Shown: positions 17,301 through 27,804 of the stretch, piece after piece | How the letters are laid out: each line of letters opens with the position of its first letter | Position numbering within the stretch: the first letter of the stretch is position 1 | Assembly (NCBI GenBank): GCA_035942495.1 | Contig: DASZDB010000250.1 | Span: 1-28,085, forward strand | Length of the DNA: 28,085 nucleotides | Direction: 5' to 3' | DNA from: Solirubrobacteraceae bacterium | GTDB lineage: Bacteria > Actinomycetota > Thermoleophilia > Solirubrobacterales > Solirubrobacteraceae | Translations under genes and position numbers: made by a program | Notes under the pieces: generated by a model | The model's input: the letters and a program-made list of their open reading frames with translations, nothing else | The model's database searches: none | What the model was told of the DNA's origin: nothing

Positions 17301-17474
17301 CTGCGCGCGCTGTTCGGGACCGACCTGCGAGGCGGCCTCACCGGACGGATCCGCTTCGACCGCAACGGCGACGTCATCGCGGCACCGATCACGATCCTGC
17401 AGATCAGGCGCGGCAGCCGGCGCTTGCCCGTCTACCCCGACGCGGAGGTCGCCCGCGTCGTCCGGTCGCGCTGA
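14355..17474 (+). CDS. Membrane-anchored SARP/AfsR-like regulator: wHTH + BTAD + TM + 7-bladed beta-propeller + type I (Leu/Ile/Val-binding-like) substrate-binding domain; start non-canonical or uncertain
   Basis: DFRILGPLEV...KQKALLAVLLLH...LQAHVSRLRR...GYML (wHTH); LDLRRFE...ALELWRG...HPLRERL...LMLALYRSGRQADAL...LGLDPG (BTAD); TM at ~15231-15299; xGxGxVW/RIDPxTN blades; SDLPLQG...CDDS...VMGTLNSPC...RVFPTDDHQA...RFDRNGD (binding protein). Confidence 0.88.
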   Translation: MSERLDFRILGPLEVQAGDGQLRLGGVKQKALLAVLLLHHGEVVSSDRLIEEIWGEQPPADAQTALQAHVSRLRRLLEPGHSGAPALLVTRAPGYMLAIDPDQLDLRRFETLVATGRRQLDEGDPVQAAASVREALELWRGRPLAELENEPFAAAATRELDEAWLEALETRIDADLALGRHAELTPELATLVRRHPLRERLRAQLMLALYRSGRQADALAAFDDGRRLLGEELGLDPGTRLRGLQGEILAQDPALDLPAASRRPPAGGSRREREADTRVDAPPRAPAKWRTRWPLALAAAACVAVASLLVILGGGDDDPAADARAAALIRIDPRRGEVEREVNVGTTPAAVAVGEGAVWTLDADAHTVSRVDRDSSAVTTFATGATPTDIAAGAGGLWVLGGAALADSQSAGPVAAALARVDPTTRTVRARIDLPRSGTAVSELTEDHVAVERDAVWAIASDYSVVRIDPRTNRIVATIRGLQARAVAAGGGVWVLGIDGRIARIDRRTNRIAVRGRIGASAVASLTVGGGAAWVSAPGDGTVWRVEPGPRLVMRTIDVGAGAGDLSFGAGSVWVANPLRGTLARIDPTTNRVTRTLQLGGAPRAVAAAADGVWVTVTGDRRSAAADADARVGGPPVHSSCEPTFFGGGGTPDRLIVSDLPLQGGVRISAQQMAQAAAFVLRRRGFRAGDLRVGLQSCDDSLARSGLFEPAKCAANARAYARDERVVAVMGTLNSPCTAAALPELASAPGGPLAMLSPLNSSVSLTRPQAGAPPGELRSFYPRGRRHFARVFPTDDHQAVALASLAVEDLDARRVAALDDGDLLFGRALADRFAASARSLGGEVVARRSWNPETGSYDRLARAIARARPAAVFLGGILDSNGAAVLRAIRRALGREVAILATEGFTGTGLLARQAGAAAEGTYVSVSGLINASLPPAGRRFVDAFGATLPGVDIEPSAVYAAEATGVLLDALAASDGTRAGVLRALFGTDLRGGLTGRIRFDRNGDVIAAPITILQIRRGSRRLPVYPDAEVARVVRSR

Positions 17475-17596
17475 CCCTTCCTCGTCGACCGTTTTGGCAC
17501 CGTCTGCGCTGCCAGCAGCGGCGCGCACCGAGGCTCTGGCACTCGTTCGCGCCACGGGCGTGCGCACCGCCAACGCGCGCGCCCCGCGGACGCGCG

Positions 17597-21130
<3,534 letters not shown>

Positions 21131-21139
21131 GAGCGGCTG

Positions 21140-21145
21140 AGAATA
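21140..21145 (-). promoter_or_regulatory. -10 box TATTCT for dnaE, 9 nt before GTG
   Basis: Minus strand reads TATTCT cagccgctc GTG. Confidence 0.55.
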
Positions 21146-21227
21146 GGCGCCGCGGCGGCGGAACCCGGCGACCGCGCGGGAGCCTTCCCGCTCCTTGCGC
21201 AAATGGCCGTCTACGCCGCCGTCACGC

Positions 21228-21407
21228 CTACGAGCTGTCGGTGCAATCGCCGCGCTTGGTGGCCGTGACCACTGCGACGGTTGCGACCGCGCTCACGACG
21301 AACGCCGCCGCCGCCACCCGGCGCGACGGGAGCATCCGGGCCACGCGACGGCGCGCGTACCAGCGCGCGCCCTGCCATACGACGAATCCGAGCACCTTGT
21401 ATCCCAT
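21228..21407 (-). CDS. Small hypothetical membrane-associated protein (59 aa)
   Basis: MGYKVLGFVVWQGARWYARRRVARMLPSRRVAAAAFVVSAVATVAVVTATKRGDCTDSS. TAGCCT box 7 nt before the ATG; fills the argG-dnaE gap. Confidence 0.7.
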   Translation of the reverse strand: MGYKVLGFVVWQGARWYARRRVARMLPSRRVAAAAFVVSAVATVAVVTATKRGDCTDSS

Positions 21408-21414
21408 GCAGGAC

Positions 21415-21420
21415 AGGCTA
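21415..21420 (-). promoter_or_regulatory. -10 box TAGCCT for the 59-aa gene (leaderless)
   Basis: Minus strand reads TAGCCT gtcctgc ATG. Confidence 0.55.
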
Positions 21421-21433
21421 CCCGCGATCGGCC

Positions 21434-22741
21434 CTACGACTCGCCGTCCTCGGCGGGTCCCGCACCGGTGGGGTTGAGATCCTCGCGCAGCCGGTACGCC
21501 ATCCGCGACTGCAGCGACCACAGCTCGATGAAACCCGGCGAGGCCTGCTGGGAGAACAGCCCGCCCGACTCGCCGAAGGAGGCCAGCGCCTGGTCGTAGA
21601 CGGCATTGGGCGAGTCGCGCGTGACGACGCGCGCCGAGCCCTTGTAGAGCTTCATGCCGATCGTGCCGCTGACCTGCTCGTTGACGTGCTCCATGAACGC
21701 GGAGATGTCGCCGCGCAGCGGCTCCCACCACAGGCCCGCGTACACGAGGTAGGCCCACTGGCGCTCGAGCTGGGGCTTGAACTGGTTTTGGTGGATCGTG
21801 CCGACGAGCTTCTCGAGCTCGGCGTGGGCGGGCAGGATGATCGCCGCCGCCGGCACCTCGTAGATGTCGCGCACCTTCAGGCCGACGATGCGGTCCTCGA
21901 TGTGGTCGACGATGCCGACGCCGTGGCGACAGCCGATCTCGGCGACGTGGTCGAGCAGCGCGACGAGCTCCATCCGCTCCCCGTCGACCGCCACCGGGAC
22001 GCCGCGCTCGAACGTGACCGCAACGGTCTGCGGCTCGTCGGGCGCCTGCTCGGGCGGGGTGACGAGCTGAAAGACGTCGTCATCGGGCGCGTGTGACAGA
22101 TCCTCGATCCAGCGTCCCTCCGAGGAGCGCCCCCACAGGTTGTCGTCGATCGAGTACGGGGTGATCTCGCTGCCGCCCTTCACGGGGATCCCGTGGCGGC
22201 GGGCGTATTCGATCTCCTCGTCGCGGCCCATCTGCCAGCCGCGCACCGGCGCGATGACCTTCAGCTCGGGCGCCAGCGTCGCGATCGTCGCCTCGATGCG
22301 GACCTGGTCGTTGCCCTTGCCGGTGCAGCCGTGGGCGATCGTGTCGCAGCCGGTCTTGCGCGCGTACTCGACCGCGAGCTTGGCGATCAGCGGGCGGCCG
22401 AGCGCGGTGAACAGCGGATAGCCGCCGCCGTAGAGCGCGTTGGCCTTGATCGCGGGCAGGACGAAGTCGCGGGCGAACTCGTCGCGCGCGTCGACCGTGA
22501 AGCACTCGACCGCGCCGATCCGCCGCGCCTTGCCCTCGATGACCTCGTAGTCCTCGCCCGGCTGGCCGAGGTTGACGGTCAGCGTGACGACTTCGGCCTC
22601 GTACTCGTCGGCGATCCATTTGAGCATGACGCTCGTGTCCAGGCCGCCGGAATACAGCAACAGGACGCGCCCGACCTCGCTCGGCTCGGCGAGATACGAG
22701 GCCGTGCGGGTGTGCGGCGTCTGGTTCGTGGTTTCGGCCAT
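21434..22741 (-). CDS. argG: Argininosuccinate synthase
   Basis: LYSGGLDTS, YPLFTALGRPLIAK, HGCTGKGNDQVR, YSIDDNLWGRSSEG, IEDRIVGLKVRDIYEVP and GFIELW. Confidence 0.97.
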   Translation of the reverse strand: MAETTNQTPHTRTASYLAEPSEVGRVLLLYSGGLDTSVMLKWIADEYEAEVVTLTVNLGQPGEDYEVIEGKARRIGAVECFTVDARDEFARDFVLPAIKANALYGGGYPLFTALGRPLIAKLAVEYARKTGCDTIAHGCTGKGNDQVRIEATIATLAPELKVIAPVRGWQMGRDEEIEYARRHGIPVKGGSEITPYSIDDNLWGRSSEGRWIEDLSHAPDDDVFQLVTPPEQAPDEPQTVAVTFERGVPVAVDGERMELVALLDHVAEIGCRHGVGIVDHIEDRIVGLKVRDIYEVPAAAIILPAHAELEKLVGTIHQNQFKPQLERQWAYLVYAGLWWEPLRGDISAFMEHVNEQVSGTIGMKLYKGSARVVTRDSPNAVYDQALASFGESGGLFSQQASPGFIELWSLQSRMAYRLREDLNPTGAGPAEDGES

Positions 22742-22750
22742 GAGACCGCA

Positions 22751-22756
22751 AGCCTA
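22751..22756 (-). promoter_or_regulatory. -10 box TAGGCT for argG, 9 nt before ATG
   Basis: Minus strand reads TAGGCT tgcggtctc ATG. Confidence 0.55.
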
Positions 22757-22832
22757 CGAGCCCGCGTGCGGGGGCGACTACAGCCTGCACCCCAAATCTC
22801 GTGCACATGGTGACGAACGCCCCCGGATCCGT

Positions 22833-22907
22833 TAGCTTTGAAGGGCATATCGCGCGTCGGGCTCGCGCGATGGACGGATCCAACCAAACGGCAGGGGGAA
22901 CACCCAG
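22833..22907 (+). promoter_or_regulatory. -10 box TAGCTT (22833-22838), 5'-UTR hairpin (22849-22871) and purine-rich RBS for the collagen-like gene
   Basis: TAGCTT, then ATCGCGCG-tcgggct-CGCGCGAT, then AGGGGGAA cacccag ATG. Confidence 0.45.
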
Positions 22908-24950
22908 ATGACTCTCGAGGCACATCGCCTCTCGCGCGGCGTCGGCGCATGCCTACTCGCGCTCGCTCTCATCATGCTCGCGGCGGTGCCTGCGGCACAC
23001 GCGGACACGATCTACCCGGACAACAAGATCACGGGTACATCCTTCGACTCCGGTCTCGACGGGTGGATCGAGTTCGACAACCACTGCGACCTCGTCACGC
23101 TCGGTGACACCGTGCTGCTCGATCTCGCCGCACCCGACCCGCTCTGCGACCCGCGGACCGATCATGCGGCCGGCATCGGTACACCGCCGGGATCGCTCGA
23201 GCAGCGCAGTGAGCAGGCCGCCTCCGCGTCCGTGCTCGGCAGCGCGATCGGCGTGATCCGAGGTCGCAGCACCGCCCTCTCGCCGGTCTTCACCGTTCCC
23301 GTCGGCGGGCCCGCGACGTTCACGGTCGACCGCCACTTCATGATCGACGCGCTGCTGCCGGTCGGCCTGGGCGCCGAGCCCGCCCGGATCGGCTACCAGT
23401 TCCTCCTCGTCGACCAGGCCGGCGGGACGCCACTCGTCCTCGACGGCGACACGATCGAGATCGATCGCGGCAGCACGTCGCCCGCTTCCCCGTTCACCGG
23501 GCACGGGCCCATCAGCCTGCCGCCCGGGAGCGTTCAGAGCGGTCACAGCTACCGCATTCAGCTGACGACCACCTTCCGGGCCAACCCGGCCGGCCTCGCC
23601 ACGGCGATCGCGGCCCTCTTCACCATGCGCGCTCAGTACGACAACGTCCGCCTGCGCGTGCAGGACGGGACGCCGACGTTCGGCCCGGCCACGGCGATCA
23701 CGGATCCCGCCACGAACATCACGGCGACGACGGCCACGCTGAACGGCCGGACGAACGCGCAGGGCCTGCCCTCGACGTACCGGTTCCGCTACGACGACGA
23801 CGCGGACTTCGCGGACGACGCCACCGACGCGACCGACGACATCGCGACGGATGCGTTCAACGCAGGATCGAGAACCGACGAGCAGCCGCGCTCGCGTGGC
23901 ATCAGCGGCCTGACCGCCTGCACGACGTACTACTTCCGGATCGAGGCACAGACGGTTGATTCGGACGGCCCCGCGGCGGGGGGCATCGGCGAGACGCTCT
24001 CCTTCCGCACGGATTGCGCGCCGACCGTCGAGACCCTCCCGGCGGTCGCCGGAGCGGAGTCGGCGGTGCTCAACAGCGCCATCAACCCCGAGGTCTTCAT
24101 GACGACGGGACCGCAGACGACATACGTCTACGAATACCGCGAGAAGGGCACGGAGCCCTGGCTGGTGTCGGCGGCCGGTGCGCCGATCTCCGGCGGCCGG
24201 CGCGTCGTGCAGCCCAACAGCGTCGTGATCTCGGGCCTCAAGAAGGACACGACGTACGAGGCGCGCGTCGCCGCGACGAACTATGTCGGGCCGACGACGG
24301 ACCCGACGCCCGTCGAGTTCACGACCCTCGCCGACGGCGAGCAGGGTCCGGCGGGCCCGACAGGTCCGGTAGGCCCCACAGGGCCGGGCGGGCCGGCCGG
24401 CCCGGCAGGTCCTCAGGGCGGGCAGGGTCCGGCGGGTGCCAACGGTGCCCCAGGGCCGGCGGGCCCCGCAGGTCCGGGAGGGCCTCCGGGCGCGCAGGGT
24501 CGGCCCGGTCCGGCCGGGACGTCGGGTTCGTCATCGACGAGGATCCTCGGTGAGAACGGTCGCATCGGAAGCGCGACCGGTCCCGTCGCGACGTGTGGTC
24601 GCATCACGATGAACTTCGCGAGCGGCATGCGGAGCCTCGGCCGCAGCCTCGCGAGCCGCTACGGCACCCGGACGGTGACGCGCGGCCGGATCGTGACGTG
24701 CGGCTCCAACCCGCGCCCGATCATCGGCGCGAGGATCGACGTGGTGCACGTGCTGCCGGGCAACAAGCAGCGCCGCAAGACCGGGCTGCGCTCGCGGGCC
24801 AACGGCCGGCTGACGCTGATCCTGCCGAACAACGTGCGGACGCGGACGATCCGCTACTCGTACCGGCCGGACCTGCGGTCGTCGCGCGTCACGTCGCGCG
24901 TGACGCTGCGCCTGACCGTGCGCAACCGCAGCGGTCGCGTCATGCGCTAG
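22908..24950 (+). CDS. Secreted modular protein: signal peptide, jelly-roll-like domain, two FN3-like domains, collagen-like Gly-X-Y stalk, Arg-rich C-terminal domain
   Basis: AHA-D cleavage site; FDSGLDGW...YDNVRL; ATLNG...[14 protein letters not shown] and [14 protein letters not shown]; 22 consecutive G-X-Y triplets. Confidence 0.88.
   Translation: MTLEAHRLSRGVGACLLALALIMLAAVPAAHADTIYPDNKITGTSFDSGLDGWIEFDNHCDLVTLGDTVLLDLAAPDPLCDPRTDHAAGIGTPPGSLEQRSEQAASASVLGSAIGVIRGRSTALSPVFTVPVGGPATFTVDRHFMIDALLPVGLGAEPARIGYQFLLVDQAGGTPLVLDGDTIEIDRGSTSPASPFTGHGPISLPPGSVQSGHSYRIQLTTTFRANPAGLATAIAALFTMRAQYDNVRLRVQDGTPTFGPATAITDPATNITATTATLNGRTNAQGLPSTYRFRYDDDADFADDATDATDDIATDAFNAGSRTDEQPRSRGISGLTACTTYYFRIEAQTVDSDGPAAGGIGETLSFRTDCAPTVETLPAVAGAESAVLNSAINPEVFMTTGPQTTYVYEYREKGTEPWLVSAAGAPISGGRRVVQPNSVVISGLKKDTTYEARVAATNYVGPTTDPTPVEFTTLADGEQGPAGPTGPVGPTGPGGPAGPAGPQGGQGPAGANGAPGPAGPAGPGGPPGAQGRPGPAGTSGSSSTRILGENGRIGSATGPVATCGRITMNFASGMRSLGRSLASRYGTRTVTRGRIVTCGSNPRPIIGARIDVVHVLPGNKQRRKTGLRSRANGRLTLILPNNVRTRTIRYSYRPDLRSSRVTSRVTLRLTVRNRSGRVMR
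24336..24533 (+). repeat. Collagen-like (Gly-X-Y)22 repeat
   Basis: [66 protein letters not shown]. Confidence 0.95.
24549..24950 (+). repeat. Copy 1 of the duplicated Arg-rich C-terminal domain (copy 2 at 26203-26607)
   Basis: My manual alignment gives 107/134 identical residues; 24691-24828 vs 26348-26485 differ at 6 of 138 nt. Confidence 0.95.
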
Positions 24951-24971
24951 CGCTGCACACACCACCGCCTG

Positions 24972-24996
24972 CGGGCCCTCCCATCGGGAGGGCCCG
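24972..24996 (+). terminator. 11-bp perfect hairpin after the collagen-like gene
   Basis: CGGGCCCTCCC-atc-GGGAGGGCCCG, 21 nt after the stop; no U-tract. Confidence 0.7.
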
Positions 24997-25086
24997 TGGC
25001 CGTTGTGCGCACAGATGCGCAAGCTTTCGCCCGTCGCTGCGTTAGAGGTCTCACGGAGCATCGACCAGCAGGGAGAGAGGGAGTGC

Positions 25087-26607
25087 ATGCGCAACCATGT
25101 GATGAGTAGGGGACGGCTGTTTGCCGTCTGTGTCTTGGGTGCGCTTGCGGGCGTCGTCCCGACGGCGAGCGCGGACACTGCGTTGCCCGTCTGGACCTGC
25201 CGCGGCAGCGCGGGCTACATCGAGCTCAACCCGCTGCTGGATTCCCAGCGCATCGAGCCGGTGCTCGCCAACGGGCAACCCGATCGGCTGACCCCCGACC
25301 GCGAATTCTGCGCGAACGCAGACGCCGGCGTGCAGAACATCGCCCTCCCGCCGGACGAGGCTGCTCCGACGCTCTCGCTGGAGGCGGCCTCAGCCAGCAC
25401 CTCGATCACTCCGGCGATCGCGCCGGCACGCGAGCAGACCGCTGCGGCAGAGGGCGGCGTCGCCGAGACGGTGCGCGTCGAGATTCCCGGCTTGACGATC
25501 GACGCCGAGGCCGTCACGGCCCAGGCCACGGGGCGCTGTGTCAACGGCGCGCCCGAGCTGACCGGCTCGAGCAGCATCGTCTCGCTCATGGTCAACGACA
25601 CGGTCATCGACATCCCCCAGAACGGCGAGCCCGTCGACCTCGACCTCCTCCCCCTCGTCCGCATCCGGCTCAACCAGCAGGTGCCGGAGGGCACCGCGAC
25701 GAGCACCGACCAGGCGCTGACGCAGCGAGCGGTGCACATCGAGCTGCTGTCCGCTCCCGGCGGCGAGCCGGTCTCCAGGGTCGTCCTTGGCGAGGCGAAG
25801 GTCGACCGCCACGGCGCGGTCTGCGCGCCACCGGTCGTACCGGTCTGCCCGGAGGGCTTCGTCCCCCAGGCCGGGTCTGACCCGCTGGTGTGCGTGAAGA
25901 CCGTCACGGCACCGTGTCCGGCGGGCTCGACGCCAGACCCGGCGGCCGGCGGGGCGTGCATCATCATCCGCCAGGTCAACGCGCCGTGCCCAGCCGGCTC
26001 GACGGCGGATCCCGACAGGGCAGGCGCGTGCATCGTGCTCGTGCAGTCACCGCCCGCCAACTGCACCGGGGGATCGGTGCGCGATCCGGCGACGAACAAC
26101 TGCGTGCTCGTCCGCGACAGGCCCTGTCCCCCCGGGGCGACGCCTGATCCGAACACGCGGGTGTGCGTGGTGACGAGAGCGCCGACGACCGTCGTCGGCT
26201 CGGGTGAGAACGGGCGCATCGGAAGCCCGTCCGGCCCGGTGGCGACGTGCGGCCGGCTTCAGATGTTCTTCGTACGCGGGGGCTTCCGCAGCGTCGGACG
26301 CTCCCTCACGAGCCGCTTCGGCACCCGCACGGTCACGCGCGGACGGCTCGTGACGTGCGGCTCCAACCCGCGCCCGATCATCGGCGCCAGGGTCGACGTC
26401 GTGCACGTGCTGCCGGGCAACAAGCGGCGCCGCAAGACGGGGCTGCGCTCGCGGGCCAACGGCCGGCTCACGCTGATCCTGCCGATCGACCTGCGCAGCC
26501 GCCGCATCGAGTACGCGTACCGGCCGGACCTGCGCTCGACGCGCGTGACCTCGCGCGTGACGCTGCGCCTGACGGTGAAGAACCGCCGGGGCCGCACGCT
26601 GCGCTAG
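25087..26607 (+). CDS. Secreted modular protein: signal peptide, choice-of-anchor-P-like beta domain, five CPxG...C repeats, Arg-rich C-terminal domain
   Basis: GGGAG RBS before ATG 25087; signal ...VVPTASA-D; AEAVTAQATGRC...GSSSIVSLMVN...IRLNQQ...LTQRAVHIEL...VVLGEAK; Cys repeats. Confidence 0.85.
   Translation: MRNHVMSRGRLFAVCVLGALAGVVPTASADTALPVWTCRGSAGYIELNPLLDSQRIEPVLANGQPDRLTPDREFCANADAGVQNIALPPDEAAPTLSLEAASASTSITPAIAPAREQTAAAEGGVAETVRVEIPGLTIDAEAVTAQATGRCVNGAPELTGSSSIVSLMVNDTVIDIPQNGEPVDLDLLPLVRIRLNQQVPEGTATSTDQALTQRAVHIELLSAPGGEPVSRVVLGEAKVDRHGAVCAPPVVPVCPEGFVPQAGSDPLVCVKTVTAPCPAGSTPDPAAGGACIIIRQVNAPCPAGSTADPDRAGACIVLVQSPPANCTGGSVRDPATNNCVLVRDRPCPPGATPDPNTRVCVVTRAPTTVVGSGENGRIGSPSGPVATCGRLQMFFVRGGFRSVGRSLTSRFGTRTVTRGRLVTCGSNPRPIIGARVDVVHVLPGNKRRRKTGLRSRANGRLTLILPIDLRSRRIEYAYRPDLRSTRVTSRVTLRLTVKNRRGRTLR
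25846..26166 (+). repeat. Five tandem two-Cys repeats (CPxG-x-DP-x-C)
   Basis: CPEGFVPQAGSDPLVC, CPAGSTPDPAAGGAC, CPAGSTADPDRAGAC, CTGGSVRDPATNNC and CPPGATPDPNTRVC. Confidence 0.9.
26203..26607 (+). repeat. Copy 2 of the duplicated Arg-rich C-terminal domain
   Basis: [18 protein letters not shown]...[44 protein letters not shown]...[29 protein letters not shown]. Confidence 0.95.
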
Positions 26608-26626
26608 CCACGGCAACGTAAGGACG

Positions 26627-26660
26627 GACTGCGGGCTCTCCTACAGGAGGGCCCGCAGTC
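26627..26660. terminator. Probable bidirectional terminator hairpin overlapping the argD stop codon
   Basis: GACTGCGGGCTCTCCT-ac-AGGAGGGCCCGCAGTC (15/16 Watson-Crick plus one G-U on the plus strand), between convergent genes. Confidence 0.7.
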
Positions 26661-27804
26661 GTTGCAGGACGTCGTCGACGTGTTCGTCGCCGATCGTCAG
26701 CGGCGGCAGCAGGCGCAGCGTCGCGGGGCCGGTGGCGTTGACGACGAGGCGCTGGTCGAGCAGCGCGCGGCGCACGAGCTCGGGCGCGCCGCCGTCGGCG
26801 AAGTCGCAGGCCAGCATGAGGCCGCGGCCGCGCACGGCGGCCACGCCGGGCAGCGCCGCGAGGCCCTCGGCGAGGCGCTCTCCGAGTGCGCGCACGCGGG
26901 CCAGGAGCGCGGGATCCTCCACGATGTCGAGCACCGCGAGCGCCGCCGCGCAGGGCACGGGGCCGCCGGCGAAGGTCGAGCCGTGGTCGCCGGCCGCGAA
27001 CACGTCGGCGTAGCGCGGCGAGCAGATCAGCGCACCGATCGGCAGGCCGCCGCCGAGCGCCTTCGCCGTCGTCATGAGATCGGGCACGACGCCGGCGTCC
27101 TCGTAGGCCCACAGCGTGCCGGTGCGCCCGAGGCCGCACTGCACCTCGTCGAAGATCAGCGCCGCGCCGTGCTCGTCACACGCCGCGCGCGCGGCCTGCA
27201 GCAGCTCGTCGTCGAGCACCCAGACGCCGCTCTCGCCCTGCACCGGCTCGAGGATCACCGCGGCGGTGCCCGCGTCGACCGCGCCGGCCACCGCGCGGGC
27301 GTTGGGGGCGACCGAGACGAAGCCGGGAACCAGTGGCGCGAACGGCGCCTGCTTGGACTCCTGCGGCGTCGCCGAGAGCGAGCCGTACGTGCGCCCGTGA
27401 AAGCCGCGGTGGACGGAGACGATCGTGCCCTGCGGCTTCGCCTTGCGCGCGAGCTTGAGTGCGGCCTCGTTGGCCTCGGTGCCCGAGTTGGCGAAGTGCA
27501 CCTTGCCGCCGCCGCCCAGCGCCGACGCCGCCAGCCGCTCGGCGAGCCGGATGCCGGGCTCGCTGTAGAAGAGGTTGCCGACGTGGACGAGCCGCGCGGC
27601 CTGCTCCTGGATCGCCGCGACCACCGCCGGATGGGAATGGCCCAGCGACGTGACCGCCAACCCCGTCTGGAAGTCGAGGTACTCGATGCCGGCGTCGTCC
27701 CACAGCCGCGCGCCCTCGCCGCGCACGAACTGCACGGGCTGGCGCGCGTACGCGGGGACGACGTGGTCATGCTCGAGCGCCTGCAGCTCGCCGAGCGTCG
27801 TCAT
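26641..27804 (-). CDS. argD: Acetylornithine aminotransferase
   Basis: YARQPVQFVRGEG, LGHSHP, ANSGTEANEAALKLARK, FHGRT, EPVQGESG, FDEVQCG, AKALGGGLPIGA and HGSTFAG; ATGA overlap with argB. Confidence 0.95.
   Translation of the reverse strand: MTTLGELQALEHDHVVPAYARQPVQFVRGEGARLWDDAGIEYLDFQTGLAVTSLGHSHPAVVAAIQEQAARLVHVGNLFYSEPGIRLAERLAASALGGGGKVHFANSGTEANEAALKLARKAKPQGTIVSVHRGFHGRTYGSLSATPQESKQAPFAPLVPGFVSVAPNARAVAGAVDAGTAAVILEPVQGESGVWVLDDELLQAARAACDEHGAALIFDEVQCGLGRTGTLWAYEDAGVVPDLMTTAKALGGGLPIGALICSPRYADVFAAGDHGSTFAGGPVPCAAALAVLDIVEDPALLARVRALGERLAEGLAALPGVAAVRGRGLMLACDFADGGAPELVRRALLDQRLVVNATGPATLRLLPPLTIGDEHVDDVLQRLRALL

Noticed and set aside
17475-17596. Two TGGCAC motifs resembling sigma54 -24 boxes
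   Set aside because: There is no proper TTGC at -12, the site lies between convergent 3' ends, and sigma54 is generally absent from Actinobacteria.
24336-24533. Periodic GC-rich repeats as a possible CRISPR array or VNTR
   Set aside because: They are 9-nt-period codon repeats of the collagen region, with no repeat-spacer structure and no cas genes.
25000-25050. TGTGCGCACA palindrome and CGTTAG shared with the first gene's promoter, as a common regulatory or ECF-sigma site
   Set aside because: Matches are short, and there is no correctly spaced GGAAC-type -35 in either region.
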